From Paramoeba atlantica (Eukaryota > Protista > Discosea): DNA of 64,000 nucleotides. This document shows, one piece after another, positions 46,621 to 58,011 of the stretch. The notes beneath the pieces were generated by a model. That model made no database searches and was not told the origin of the DNA. It saw only the letters and a list, made by a program, of their open reading frames with translations. Position numbers and translations under genes: made by a program. The stretch's first letter is position 1, and each line of letters starts with the position of its first letter. The stretch is from positions 384,884 to 448,883 of the forward strand of contig CDRNVI010000056.1 of the NCBI GenBank assembly GCA_977017575.1, given 5' to 3'.

Positions 46621-48117
46621 CTTGTTGACTCTTACCGCTATCTGGGAAACATTCAGGATTCAGGCGTTTCTTCGCCAGTAAAAGACCGCTTAAGGCTCAC
46701 CTGGGCCGCATTTCGGAAGCTCAAGGGCATTTGGGACTCGCCACTGAGTGCATCAACAAAACTGCGTTTGTTTGATTGCCTCGTTTACCCAATCATGACC
46801 TTTGGTGCCGCTTCGCTTTCCATATCCAACAAAATGCTTCGGCAAACAGAAGTTGAGCTCAATATGATGCGAAGATTTTGCTGTAATTGTGCTAAATTGG
46901 ACGAGTTTGGACACTGCTACCCTATCGAGTCACTTTATTGCGGCACTCCTCGTTTCTCCACCGTACATCGCGTTAGTCGGGCTAAAATTGTTGGTCACAT
47001 TCTAAGGCACTCATTCATGTTTCGAGATCTTATCCAGTGGAAATGCAGCGATAGGAAACGAAATCTCTCACCAAGCGAAGCTTGCTTTCACGATCTGGAC
47101 ATTACCGAAGAACAAGCCCTCGTATACGCTCAGGATCGAGATCACTGGAAAAAGTTATGTGAAGATTTAAAGGTAGCACTCGAACCGCTTCCGGATTACG
47201 AAAGACTCTCTTCTCCTAGATGGAAAAGTAAACATGCCCACGCCTTGAAGCAAGATACGCCTTACGATTTGCAATTTGTCGAAGAAAGTTCTGATCCTTT
47301 TCCATTAAAAGATGATGAGGTTCACTTCTATATTGATGGTTCAGTCCGTGCCTTGCGGGTGACAAACGAGATCAGAGCAGGTGCTGGAATTGTTGTGCTT
47401 CAACGATGGACAACCGATAAATGTTTTTCCTTAACATTAGATGTTGATAGTGCCGAGCAAGCTGAGGCTGAATCTTTTCGAGAGGCGCTTAAAAGAATAC
47501 CGGACGGAGCAAAAGATATCGTAGTACACACAGATTCGTTCTATGTGTGGAACTTCTTTCATCACGTTCGCATCCGGAGACGGGTAATAGGGTATGACCG
47601 CGTCGTCAACAGAAACATTCTACAAGATATAGATCATCAGGTGCGGAAACTAAAATCTCAGAATGTTAATTTGTATGTGTGCAAAGTTAAATCTCATAAT
47701 GGGAACGAATATAACGACAAAGCTGATGTCTTGGCTCTTTCGGCGTCACGAAGGCCGTTAAAATCACAAGAGGCAAAGAGGTTGAAGACGACAAAAGCTC
47801 CTTCTTCTTCTTCTTCTGACCCAATATCCTCGCCAGAAGCGACACTCATATTGCGCCCAAGAAGGAATGTTGACACTATTTCATCCAAACGCAAGAATAA
47901 CACTACTGCAAGTGGGGCTCTATCCAAAAAGGGTAGCTCACTGTCTGGAGAGCCTGGAGTGAAACCGTCTGAAAAAACGAATGCTATGATCCTGAGTAGG
48001 CCTGATGTCGGTAAAGAAAAAAGTTGCAAGGGAAATAGGGAGTCTGATAAGATCGTGGAAACAAAGGGAAAGAAGTCTCCCAAGAGAAAGAAGGCTTCAC
48101 GAAAATTAGAACAGTAG
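46621..48117 (+). CDS. Partial ORF: RT C-terminus/thumb + RNase H + Lys/Ser-rich tail
   Basis: Frame is open from the first inserted base (LVDSYRYLG...TWAAFRKLKGIW...TKLRLF, AQDRDHWKKL). RNase H motifs FYIDGS, QAEAE, VHTDS, KSHNG, NDKAD are intact. Confidence 0.9.
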   Translation, partial: LVDSYRYLGNIQDSGVSSPVKDRLRLTWAAFRKLKGIWDSPLSASTKLRLFDCLVYPIMTFGAASLSISNKMLRQTEVELNMMRRFCCNCAKLDEFGHCYPIESLYCGTPRFSTVHRVSRAKIVGHILRHSFMFRDLIQWKCSDRKRNLSPSEACFHDLDITEEQALVYAQDRDHWKKLCEDLKVALEPLPDYERLSSPRWKSKHAHALKQDTPYDLQFVEESSDPFPLKDDEVHFYIDGSVRALRVTNEIRAGAGIVVLQRWTTDKCFSLTLDVDSAEQAEAESFREALKRIPDGAKDIVVHTDSFYVWNFFHHVRIRRRVIGYDRVVNRNILQDIDHQVRKLKSQNVNLYVCKVKSHNGNEYNDKADVLALSASRRPLKSQEAKRLKTTKAPSSSSSDPISSPEATLILRPRRNVDTISSKRKNNTTASGALSKKGSSLSGEPGVKPSEKTNAMILSRPDVGKEKSCKGNRESDKIVETKGKKSPKRKKASRKLEQ

Positions 48118-48168
48118 TATCTTTAATCGGTTTTTAACCGATCTATTAGGATAGGATAGGATAGGAGG
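46621..48168 (+). mobile_element. 5'-truncated non-LTR retrotransposon (RTE-like, with RNase H) inserted in the array spacer
   Basis: 13-bp TSD ATTGTAATAGTGT (46608-46620 and 48169-48181); short 3' UTR with hairpin ATCGGTT-TTT-AACCGAT and an (AGGAT)3 tail. Confidence 0.93.
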
Positions 48169-48796
48169 ATTGTAATAGTGTGGTGGAAAAACGTCGGTTT
48201 CACACGAAACTCGCATCCACCGTGCGACCCCATTCCGTGGAGAACGATCTTTGTTTTCTTCGATCGCACTGATTCCGTTAGATGCACAGAGCGTGATTTC
48301 ACGTGAATCGAACAATTCCGCGAGATGTTTTACTTGGGGCAAAGCAGGGCAGCACATGAACAATGAAAACAGGACGCGCAATGGCGCGGAACACCTTCCA
48401 CGTGACACCTTCCGAAACGCGTTCTGCACAATCCAGGTATAAAACAACGAATTTCTTCGCCCGGCCGTTGCAAAGACCCACCCCTTACCGATAGATTTCG
48501 TAGCTCTGCTCTAAACGTGAACGCATCGTGCTCAACCTCTCTTCCCGACTATGTCATCGCAAAAATTGTATGTGTCACTTCTGGGCCGTTCGCATGGGCA
48601 TGTGTTGGGCACACTCAAACCCCCATTGCATTCATCAATGCGACCTACGGTTGTGAATGTCGCCTTGCTTGGGGGGGGGGGGGGGCTGTAAGGATCGTTA
48701 AGCGAGCGAAATCGGGGAGTTTCCATTATGACATGAATTAGCAAGGTAAAGTGCACCGCTATGGACACACAAAATTCGAGACACACCACGACGGAA

Positions 48797-48877
48797 GCGT
48801 CCATACCCAAGTGGTTAAGGGGCCTGACTTGAAATCAGGTGTGTTCTCACGCGCAGGTTCGAACCCTGCTGGGCGCG
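48797..48877 (+). tRNA. tRNA-Ser(TGA) copy 19
   Basis: Identical to copy 1. Confidence 0.95.
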
Positions 48878-50288
48878 TTTTTGCGATTCTCTTCGTTCAC
48901 AATCGTGTGGCCGCTTTTGGGCGCGCGCGAGAGACGCAACGTGAATCGCAGAAGCAGTGGTACATTTTAGGGTATTTTCTTTGCTGAAATGAAGTCTTTT
49001 TGGCCTGTGTAGCAGATGACGTTTTGGCGGCAGAGACGGTGAATGGGTAGATGGCCGTGCGCGTGTCAAATGTAAAAGCCCGAAAAGTGTACCGCTTTTT
49101 AGCGCATCATATCTTAAAATTCAAAATGACGTCAGATTTACCTCTTTCCGCCTGCACGGTGAAGGGGGGTTTTCAGATATCTCTGGACGCGACGTTTGCA
49201 TGACTTCCGTGCATGGCGTGCGTCGATTGCGAAACGCCGAACCAGCAAGCTACACCTCCTGAGTGGTCGTGCTTCGCGCGATATTTTCTGTAGAGATAGA
49301 GTTTTTCCGTTAGTCAGTATGATTGCGAAACAAAACGTGGGTTTCGCCAGTCCACTTTTTGTCCGTTCTTCCCTGAATCAAATCTTAAACAATTTTAACC
49401 CTTTCTAATTGATGAGCGTTCTGATCGCTCGTGCTTTGCTCTGATATTTGCTTTGGGCACTCTTTTCACATGATTTCACTGATACTATAAGACTTCCCCT
49501 CTTCTAACGCAAGAATTTGTTGTCATCGGACATTCTTTTAGTCAAATCAATGCTTGATTGCACAAGCTTCCTGCATCTCAAGGGGGGGGTTGTATTTCTC
49601 TACACCTCTTTCACTTTTCACCTGCTCTTCCAAGCAACAGGGTCACAGGGCGCGCGCGTATTGTAATAGTGTGGTGGAAAAACGTCGGTTTCACACGAAA
49701 CTCGCATCCACCGTGCGACCCCATTCCGTGGAGAACGATCTTTGTTTTCTTCGATCGCACTGATTCCGTTAGATGCACAGAGCGTGATTTCACGTGAATC
49801 GAACAATTCCGCGAGATGTTTTACTTGGGGCAAAGCAGGGCAGCACATGAACAATGAAAACAGGACGCGCAATGGCGCGGAACACCTTCCACGTGACACC
49901 TTCCGAAACGCGTTCTGCACAATCCAGGTATAAAACAACGAATTTCTTCGCCCGGCCGTTGCAAAGACCCACCCCTTACCGATAGATTTCGTAGCTCTGC
50001 TCTAAACGTGAACGCATCGTGCTCAACCTCTCTTCCCGACTATGTCATCGCAAAAATTGTATGTGTCACTTCTGGGCCGTTCGCATGGGCATGTGTTGGG
50101 CACACTCAAACCCCCATTGCATTCATCAATGCGACCTACGGTTGTGAATGTCGCCTTGCTTGGGGGGGGGGGGGGGGCTGTAAGGATCGTTAAGCGAGCG
50201 AAATCGGGGAGTTTCCATTATGACATGAATTAGCAAGGTAAAGTGCACCGCTATGGACACACAAAATTCGAGACACACCACGACGGAA

Positions 50289-50369
50289 GCGTCCATACCC
50301 AAGTGGTTAAGGGGCCTGACTTGAAATCAGGTGTGTTCTCACGCGCAGGTTCGAACCCTGCTGGGCGCG
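50289..50369 (+). tRNA. tRNA-Ser(TGA) copy 20
   Basis: Identical to copy 1. Confidence 0.95.
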
Positions 50370-51776
50370 TTTTTGCGATTCTCTTCGTTCACAATCGTGT
50401 GGCCGCTTTTGGGCGCGCGCGAGAGACGCAACGTGAATCGCAGAAGCAATGGTACATTTTAGGGTATTTTCTTTGCTGAAATGAAGTCTTTTTGGCCTGT
50501 GTAGCAGATGACGTTTTGGCGGCAGAGACGGTGAATGGGTAGATGGCCGTGCGCGTGTCAAATGTAAAAGCCCGAAAAGTGTACCGCTTTTTAGCGCATC
50601 ATATCTTAAAATTCAAAATGACGTCAGATTTACCTCTTTCCGCCTGCACGGTGAAGGGGGGTTTTCAGATATCTCTGGACGCGACGTTTGCATGACTTCC
50701 GTGCATGGCGTGCGTCGATTGCGAAACGCCGAACCAGCAAGCTACACCTCCTGAGTGGTCGTGCTTCGCGCGATATTTTCTGTAGAGATAGAGTTTTTCC
50801 GTTAGTCAGTATGATTGCGAAACAAAACGTGGGTTTCGCCAGTCCACTTTTTGTCCGTTCTTCCCTGAATCAAATCTTAAACAATTTTAACCCTTTCTAA
50901 TTGATGAGCGTTCTGATCGCTCGTGCTTTGCTCTGATATTTGCTTTGGGCACTCTTTTCACATGATTTCACTGATACTATAAGACTTCCCCTCTTCTAAC
51001 GCAAGAATTTGTTGTCATCGGACATTCTTTTAGTCAAATCAATGCTTGATTGCACAAGCTTCCTGCATCTCAAGGGGGGGGGTTGTATTTCTCTACACCT
51101 CTTTCACTTTTCACCTGCTCTTCCAAGCAACAGGGTCACAGGGCGCGCGCGTATTGTAATAGTGTGGTGGAAAAACGTCGGTTTCACACGAAACTCGCAT
51201 CCACCGTGCGACCCCATTCCGTGGAGAACGATCTTTGTTTTCTTCGATCGCACTGATTCCGTTAGATGCACAGAGCGTGATTTCACGTGAATCGAACAAT
51301 TCCGCGAGATGTTTTACTTGGGGCAAAGCAGGGCAGCACATGAACAATGAAAACAGGACGCGCAATGGCGCGGAACACCTTCCACGTGACACCTTCCGAA
51401 ACGCGTTCTGCACAATCCAGGTATAAAACAACGAATTTCTTCGCCCGGCCGTTGCAAAGACCCACCCCTTACCGATAGATTTCGTAGCTCTGCTCTAAAC
51501 GTGAACGCATCGTGCTCAACCTCTCTTCCCGACTATGTCATCGCAAAAATTGTATGTGTCACTTCTGGGCCGTTCGCATGGGCATGTGTTGGGCACACTC
51601 AAACCCCCATTGCATTCATCAATGCGACCTACGGTTGTGAATGTCGCCTTGCTTGGGGGGGGGGGCTGTAAGGATCGTTAAGCGAGCGAAATCGGGGAGT
51701 TTCCATTATGACATGAATTAGCAAGGTAAAGTGCACCGCTATGGACACACAAAATTCGAGACACACCACGACGGAA

Positions 51777-51857
51777 GCGTCCATACCCAAGTGGTTAAGG
51801 GGCCTGACTTGAAATCAGGTGTGTTCTCACGCGCAGGTTCGAACCCTGCTGGGCGCG
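51777..51857 (+). tRNA. tRNA-Ser(TGA) copy 21
   Basis: Identical to copy 1. Confidence 0.95.
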
Positions 51858-52924
51858 TTTTTGCGATTCTCTTCGTTCACAATCGTGTGGCCGCTTTTGG
51901 GCGCGCGCGAGAGACGCAACGTGAATCGCAGAAGCAATGGTACATTTTAGGGTATTTTCTTTGCTGAAATGAAGTCTTTTTGGCCTGTGTAGCAGATGAC
52001 GTTTTGGCGGCAGAGACGGTGAATGGGTAGATGGCCGTGCGCGTGTCAAATGTAAAAGCCATAAAAGTGTACCGCTTTTTAGCGCATCATATCTTAAAAT
52101 TCAAAATGACGTCAGATTTACCTCTTTCCGCCTGCACGGTGAAGGGGGGTTTTCAGATATCTCTGGACGCGACGTTTGCATGACTTCCGTGCATGGCGTG
52201 CGTCGATTGCGAAACGCCGAACCAGCAAGCTACACCTCCTGAGTGGTCGTGCTTCGCGCGATATTTTCTGTAGAGATAGAGTTTTTCCGTTAGTCAGTAT
52301 GATTGCGAAACAAAACGTGGGTTTCGCCAGTCCACTTTTTGTCCGTTCTTCCCTGAATCAAATCTTAAACAATTTTAACCCTTTCTAATTGATGAGTGTT
52401 CTGATCGCTCGTGCTTTGCTCTGATATTTGCTTTGGGCACTCTTTTCACATGATTTCACTGATACTATAAGACTTCCCCTCTTCTAACGCAAGAATTTGT
52501 TGTCATCGGACATTCTTTTAGTCAAATCAATGCTTGATTGCACAAGCTTCCTGCATCTCAAGGGGGGGGGTTGTATTTCTCTACACCTCTTTCACTTTTC
52601 ACCTGCTCTTCCAAGCAACAGGGTCACAGGGCGCGCGCGTATTGTAATAGTGTGGCGGAAAAACGTCGGTTTCACACGAAACTCGCATCCACCGTGCGAC
52701 CCCATTCCGTGGAGAACGATCTTTGTTTTCTTCGATCGCACTGATTCCGTTAGATGCACAGAGCGTGATTTCACGTGAATCGAACAATTCCGCGAGATAT
52801 TTTACTTGGGGCAAAGTAGGGCAGCACATGAACAATGAAAACAGGACGCGCAATGGCGCGGAAGACCTTCCACGTGACACCTTCCGAAACGCGTTCTGCA
52901 CAATCCAGGTATAAAACAACGAAT

Positions 52925-54627
52925 AGAAACGAAGAAAGAGGAAGAAAGAGGAAGAAAGAGGAAGAAAGAGGGAGAAAGAGGAAGAAAGAGGAAGAAAGAG
53001 GAAGAAAGAGGAAGAAAGAGGAAGAAAGAGGAAGAAAGAGGAAGAAAGAGGAAGAAAGAGGAAGAAAGAGGAAGAAAGAGGAAGAAAGAGGAAGAAAGAG
53101 GAAGAAAGAGGAAGAAAGAGGAAGAAAGAGGAAGAAAGAGGAAGAAAGAGGAAGAAAGAGGAAGAAAGAGGAAGAAAGAGGAAGAAAGAGGAAGAAAGAG
53201 GAAGAAAGAGGAAGAAAGAGGAAGAAAGAGGAAGAAAGAGGAAGAAAGAGGAAGAAAGAGGAAGAAAGAGGAAGAAAGAGGAAGAAAGAGGAAGAAAGAG
53301 GAAGAAAGAGGAAGAAAGAGGAAGAAAGAGGAAGAAAGAGGAAGAAAGAGGAAGAAAGAGGAAGAAAGAGGAAGAAAGAGGAAGAAAGAGGAAGAAAGAG
53401 GAAGAAAGAGGAAGAAAGAGGAAGAAAGAGGAAGAAAGAGGAAGAAAGAGGAAGAAAGAGGAAGAAAGAGGAAGAAAGAGGAAGAAAGAGGAAGAAAGAG
53501 GAAGAAAGAGGAAGAAAGAGGAAGAAAGAGGAAGAAAGAGGAAGAAAGAGGAAGAAAGAGGAAGAAAGAGGAAGAAAGAGGAAGAAAGAGGAAGAAAGAG
53601 GAAGAAAGAGGAAGAAAGAGGAAGAAAGAGGAAGAAAGAGGAAGAAAGAGGAAGAAAGAGGAAGAAAGAGGAAGAAAGAGGAAGAAAGAGGAAGAAAGAG
53701 GAAGAAAGAGGAAGAAAGAGGAAGAAAGAGGAAGAAAGAGGAAGAAAGAGGAAGAAAGAGGAAGAAAGAGGAAGAAAGAGGAAGAAAGAGGAAGAAAGAG
53801 GAAGAAAGAGGAAGAAAGAGGAAGAAAGAGGAAGAAAGAGGAAGAAAGAGGAAGAAAGAGGAAGAAAGAGGAAGAAAGAGGAAGAAAGAGGAAGAAAGAG
53901 GAAGAAAGAGGAAGAAAGAGGAAGAAAGAGGAAGAAAGAGGAAGAAAGAGGAAGAAAGAGGAAGAAAGAGGAAGAAAGAGGAAGAAAGAGGAAGAAAGAG
54001 GAAGAAAGAGGAAGAAAGAGGAAGAAAGAGGAAGAAAGAGGAAGAAAGAGGAAGAAAGAGGAAGAAAGAGGAAGAAAGAGGAAGAAAGAGGAAGAAAGAG
54101 GAAGAAAGAGGAAGAAAGAGGAAGAAAGAGGAAGAAAGAGGAAGAAAGAGGAAGAAAGAGGAAGAAAGAGGAAGAAAGAGGAAGAAAGAGGAAGAAAGAG
54201 GAAGAAAGAGGAAGAAAGAGGAAGAAAGAGGAAGAAAGAGGAAGAAAGAGGAAGAAAGAGGAAGAAAGAGGAAGAAAGAGGAAGAAAGAGGAAGAAAGAG
54301 GAAGAAAGAGGAAGAAAGAGGAAGAAAGAGGAAGAAAGAGGAAGAAAGAGGAAGAAAGAGAGGAAGAAAGAGGAAGAAAGAGGAAGAAAGAGGAAGAAAG
54401 AGGAAGAAAGAGGAAGAAAGAGGAAGAAAGAGGAAGAAAGAGGAAGAAAGAGGAAGAAAGAGGAAGAAAGAGGAAGAAAGAGGAAGAAAGAGGAAGAAAG
54501 AGGAAGAAAGAGGAAGAAAGAGGAAGAAAGAGGAAGAAAGAGGAAGAAAGAGGAAGAAAGAGGAAGAAAGAGGAAGAAAGAGGAAGAAAGAGGAAGAAAG
54601 AGGAAGAAAGAGGAAGAAAGAGGAAGA
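52925..54627 (+). repeat. (GAAGAAAGAG)n 10-bp purine-only tandem repeat, ~170 copies
   Basis: Perfect units from 52931 except one GGAGAAAGAG near the start and a 2-nt (AG) phase shift at 54361. Confidence 0.99.
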
Positions 54628-54772
54628 TACCGATGACGATGAATTAACCCGCATACTTGCTATTTTGTTAGCAGACTGCTCACTAAAACAAGCAGTAAGC
54701 CTAGCAGTTAATATCACTGGCCACAGTAAAAATAAAATATATGCAATGGCACTTGCGCTACAAAAATCATGA
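54628..54772 (+). CDS. rsmI: 3' fragment of 16S rRNA C1402 2'-O-methyltransferase (bacterial)
   Basis: DTDDDELTRILAILLADCSLKQAVSLAVNITGHSKNKIYAMAL resembles the proteobacterial RsmI C-terminal helix (LLxELPLKxAAxLAAxIxGxxKNxLY); 5' part is replaced by the repeat. Confidence 0.65.
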
Positions 54773-54917
54773 ACGCCTGCTTTGCAATAATTGGTCATTT
54801 TTGTGACGGATATCATGAATCATCAATGACAATAGGCAATGGAAATAGCATAATGGCCCATTGTATATAAACTCAAAAACAACTGCAAAATACAACTTAT
54901 TGAAAGAGAGTAATGTT

Positions 54918-56315
54918 ATGGCAAATAGTGCAAGCAATTCGATCATCGTACGTTTAGAGTTAGCCAATCGTACCAATTCACTATCACAGGTAACCCAAGC
55001 GATCAGTGATGCTAATGCCACAGTGGGTGCGATTGATTTAATTAAGCCAGGACGCAATGCCAATGTACGTGATTTCACGATCTTTACTAATGGTGAAGAA
55101 CACACGCAACAAATCATTGCACAATTAAAATCAATGCCAGATGTGACATTTTTAACAATGTCAGATCGCACCTTCTTAATGCACATCGGTGGCAAAATTG
55201 AAGTAAATAGTAAAACCCCGATCAAAAATCGTGATGATCTATCGATGGCGTACACCCCGGGTGTGGCTAGAGTATGTATGGCCATTCATCATGATCAAGA
55301 CAAAGCCTTTAAATTAACGATTAAACGCAACACCGTTGCCATCGTCTCCGATGGAACTGCCGTATTAGGGTTAGGTGATATCGGCCCGAAAGCAGCAATG
55401 CCAGTGATGGAAGGCAAAGCCATGCTATTTAAAGGCTTTGCCGGTGTCGATGCATTTCCTATTTGTTTAGACACCAAAGATACCGATGCGATTGTTGATA
55501 CCGTCAAACGGATCGCACCTGGCTTTGGTGGCATCAATTTAGAAGATATTTCAGCGCCGCGCTGTTTTGAAATCGAAGACCGGTTAAAACGCGAATTAGA
55601 TATCCCTGTATTTCACGATGATCAACACGGCACTGCGGTTGTGTTTACTGCAGCGTTGATCAATGCGTTAAAACTTGTGAAAAAACGCCCTGAAAAGCTG
55701 AAAGTAGTGGTCGCTGGCGTTGGTGCTGCCGGTGTTGCTTGTACTAAGATGTTACAAAGTTTAGGCGTTACCAATGTCATTGGCTGTGATCGCAAAGGCG
55801 CATTAGTCAAAACCCGTGATGATTTAAACCCAGCTAAACAAGCTTATGCAAACTCAACTAATCCAAAACAACAAAGTGGTGCAATCAGTGATGTAATTAA
55901 AGGAGCCGATGTGTTTGTTGGTTTATCCGGTCCTAACGTATTAACGGTTGATGACTTAAAAGCCATGGCGAAAAAACCAATTGTATTTGCTATGTCGAAC
56001 CCAACACCTGAAATCTTGCCAGAAGAAGCAGCACCCTATGTTGAGATCATGGCTACCGGTCGCAGTGATTATCCCAACCAAATTAACAACGTCTTAGCAT
56101 TTCCAGGGATTTTTCGTGGCGCATTAAACGTACGTGCAACTGATATTAACGATGTGATGAATTTAGCCGCAGCTCATGCAATTGCAAATGTCATCGATGA
56201 ACATACCTTAAATCCAGACTACATTATTCCTAGTGTATTCGATACATCCGTTGCAACCAAAGTCGCTGAGGCAGTGATGCAAGCAGCATATGACAGCGGT
56301 GTAGCTAAGAAATAA
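54918..56315 (+). CDS. NAD(P)-dependent malic enzyme with N-terminal ACT domain
   Basis: DLSMAYTPGVA, VSDGTAVLGLGDIG, MEGKA, GGINLEDI, FHDDQHGT, GVGAAG, TGRSDYPNQINN; ACT-like N-terminus; ATG 54918 after a GAGAG RBS. Confidence 0.93.
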   Translation: MANSASNSIIVRLELANRTNSLSQVTQAISDANATVGAIDLIKPGRNANVRDFTIFTNGEEHTQQIIAQLKSMPDVTFLTMSDRTFLMHIGGKIEVNSKTPIKNRDDLSMAYTPGVARVCMAIHHDQDKAFKLTIKRNTVAIVSDGTAVLGLGDIGPKAAMPVMEGKAMLFKGFAGVDAFPICLDTKDTDAIVDTVKRIAPGFGGINLEDISAPRCFEIEDRLKRELDIPVFHDDQHGTAVVFTAALINALKLVKKRPEKLKVVVAGVGAAGVACTKMLQSLGVTNVIGCDRKGALVKTRDDLNPAKQAYANSTNPKQQSGAISDVIKGADVFVGLSGPNVLTVDDLKAMAKKPIVFAMSNPTPEILPEEAAPYVEIMATGRSDYPNQINNVLAFPGIFRGALNVRATDINDVMNLAAAHAIANVIDEHTLNPDYIIPSVFDTSVATKVAEAVMQAAYDSGVAKK

Positions 56316-57812
56316 TCACTTCCATCGATAAGATATCCGGTCAGTATTCCCCATCCAATAATTTAATATTGGTGACAAACATAATAATAGAAATGCTACC
56401 ACCAATGCGGCTACCCCTAATTGGGTAAATGCATGGCTGTAATTCGGGTTGGTGACTAACGGCGATGCACTGTGACTGGTACCGGCTGCATAATTAGAAA
56501 AGAAACTGGCAAATACGGCAGCAACACCCGTATTTAGCAATAGACTACCCATACACAGACTTTGCCAACGCGCAGGGATCAGCAACCCAACCATCGCATA
56601 ACCAATCGGGCTAATCAGCAATTCTGCTAACGCTTCTAATACATACGTTGAAAAGACCCAAGAAAATGATACATAGCCATTATTAGCGAAGGCAATTCCA
56701 AGTGGCAAAATTAATAAACCAAGCCCACCCAAGGTCATTCCCATGGTAAATTGAATAGGCACTGAAAAACGGCCACTGCCCTGCTCACGCGCACGCATAA
56801 AATAACGCGCCAATAAAGGGCCACCAATAAAAATAGTAACCGCATTAATGTTAGACAACCAACCGGGAGCAATCTGCCAACCAAAAAGGTGTAAGTTAAC
56901 GTTATTTTTGGCGAAAAACATCAAACTCATCGGTGATAATTGGTAAATAATCCAAAACATTTGCGCACATAATAATAAGACTAAAAATGTTAAAAAGCGT
57001 TTGCGTTCTTGCTGCTGGTGGCTCATTGCCCCATAAAATAAGACAATGACAATCACTGCACCGGCTAATAAAATAACACCATCACCGATCGCTACATGAT
57101 GTAATAGAAAATACAATGCTGGCACTAATGCAAGTAATATCGCAATACCAATGGCATTTCTTCGAAACTGAACAGGTTTATGATCACACTGAGATAGGGT
57201 GGTTTGTTTGTCACGTAAATAGTTCCACCCAAGTGATAAAACCATAATCGTCACCAGATTAAATAACGATGCAAATAGAAATAACCAGGTGTAATTATCG
57301 TGTAATTGAAAATACCCAGATAAGGTAAACCCCATCAGAAAACCAATATTCATTGCACCATAATTCCAGAAAAACGCTGTTTCACGCTTTGAAACATCAT
57401 CGCTGCTAAATAGCTGTGACAGTAGCATATTGAGGCATGTCACTAAGGTACCAGTGCCAATTAACACACCAGCCAATCCCCAGTAAAACAGTTGCAGACT
57501 ACCGTCTACTAATGCAATTGTGCCTAATAATTGGAATATTATGCCAAATAACACCATGGCACGATAGCTTAAATAACGTCCGCCAAGGTAACCGGATAAT
57601 TGATGCAATGCAAAGTTCAGTGCGAAATACACCCCAGCAACTAAATTAGCATCGTGTTCACTAAACCCTAAACGACTATTCATGTATAACACTAGCGATG
57701 CAAACAACACGGCAAAACTAATCGTGCTAAACAGTTGCACACTATATAAAAAGCCAAAGCCGTGTGGCATCGACAAAAATGATTTTTTAACGGGTTGCGT
57801 TGTCGTCGTCAT
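56316..57812 (-). CDS. POT/PTR-family peptide MFS transporter
   Basis: Multiple TM helices; SGYLGGRYLS, RETAFFWNYGAMNIG, AELLISPIGYAMV motifs. Confidence 0.88.
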   Translation of the reverse strand: MTTTTQPVKKSFLSMPHGFGFLYSVQLFSTISFAVLFASLVLYMNSRLGFSEHDANLVAGVYFALNFALHQLSGYLGGRYLSYRAMVLFGIIFQLLGTIALVDGSLQLFYWGLAGVLIGTGTLVTCLNMLLSQLFSSDDVSKRETAFFWNYGAMNIGFLMGFTLSGYFQLHDNYTWLFLFASLFNLVTIMVLSLGWNYLRDKQTTLSQCDHKPVQFRRNAIGIAILLALVPALYFLLHHVAIGDGVILLAGAVIVIVLFYGAMSHQQQERKRFLTFLVLLLCAQMFWIIYQLSPMSLMFFAKNNVNLHLFGWQIAPGWLSNINAVTIFIGGPLLARYFMRAREQGSGRFSVPIQFTMGMTLGGLGLLILPLGIAFANNGYVSFSWVFSTYVLEALAELLISPIGYAMVGLLIPARWQSLCMGSLLLNTGVAAVFASFFSNYAAGTSHSASPLVTNPNYSHAFTQLGVAALVVAFLLLCLSPILNYWMGNTDRISYRWK

Positions 57813-58011
57813 TGCAATATCTCCTATTGTGCCGCAATAGCCGATATTTATCGTAAGGATAGCGATTACTCAAGTCAAGTCACCTATACTCTTCTCGTTT
57901 TAAATTTAGGCTTTGTTGGCTGCGTCTTCTCACAAAAGTCATGTATTTCAATACACTCCTTTTGATTCAAAGACTTGCCGCCTCGCCTAAATTCAAAACG
58001 CTTTGAGTATA

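Larger units (their letters stand above)
19123..52924 (+). repeat. Tandem array of ~1.49-kb units, each with one tRNA-Ser(TGA) gene
   Basis: Near-identical units; tRNA starts are mostly ~1486-1494 bp apart. One unit has a 44-bp deletion and one a 1548-bp insertion. Confidence 0.99.

Noticed and set aside
19234-52919. Recurrent 60-106-aa ORFs in every array unit
   Set aside because: They overlap in all frames, are broken by G-tract length changes between units, and show no recognisable domain.
52771-54816. 645-aa and 681-aa ORFs (EEERGRKRKK / FLFLPLSSSF repeats)
   Set aside because: They arise from a stop-free 10-bp repeat; only the last ~48 codons (rsmI) look genuinely coding.
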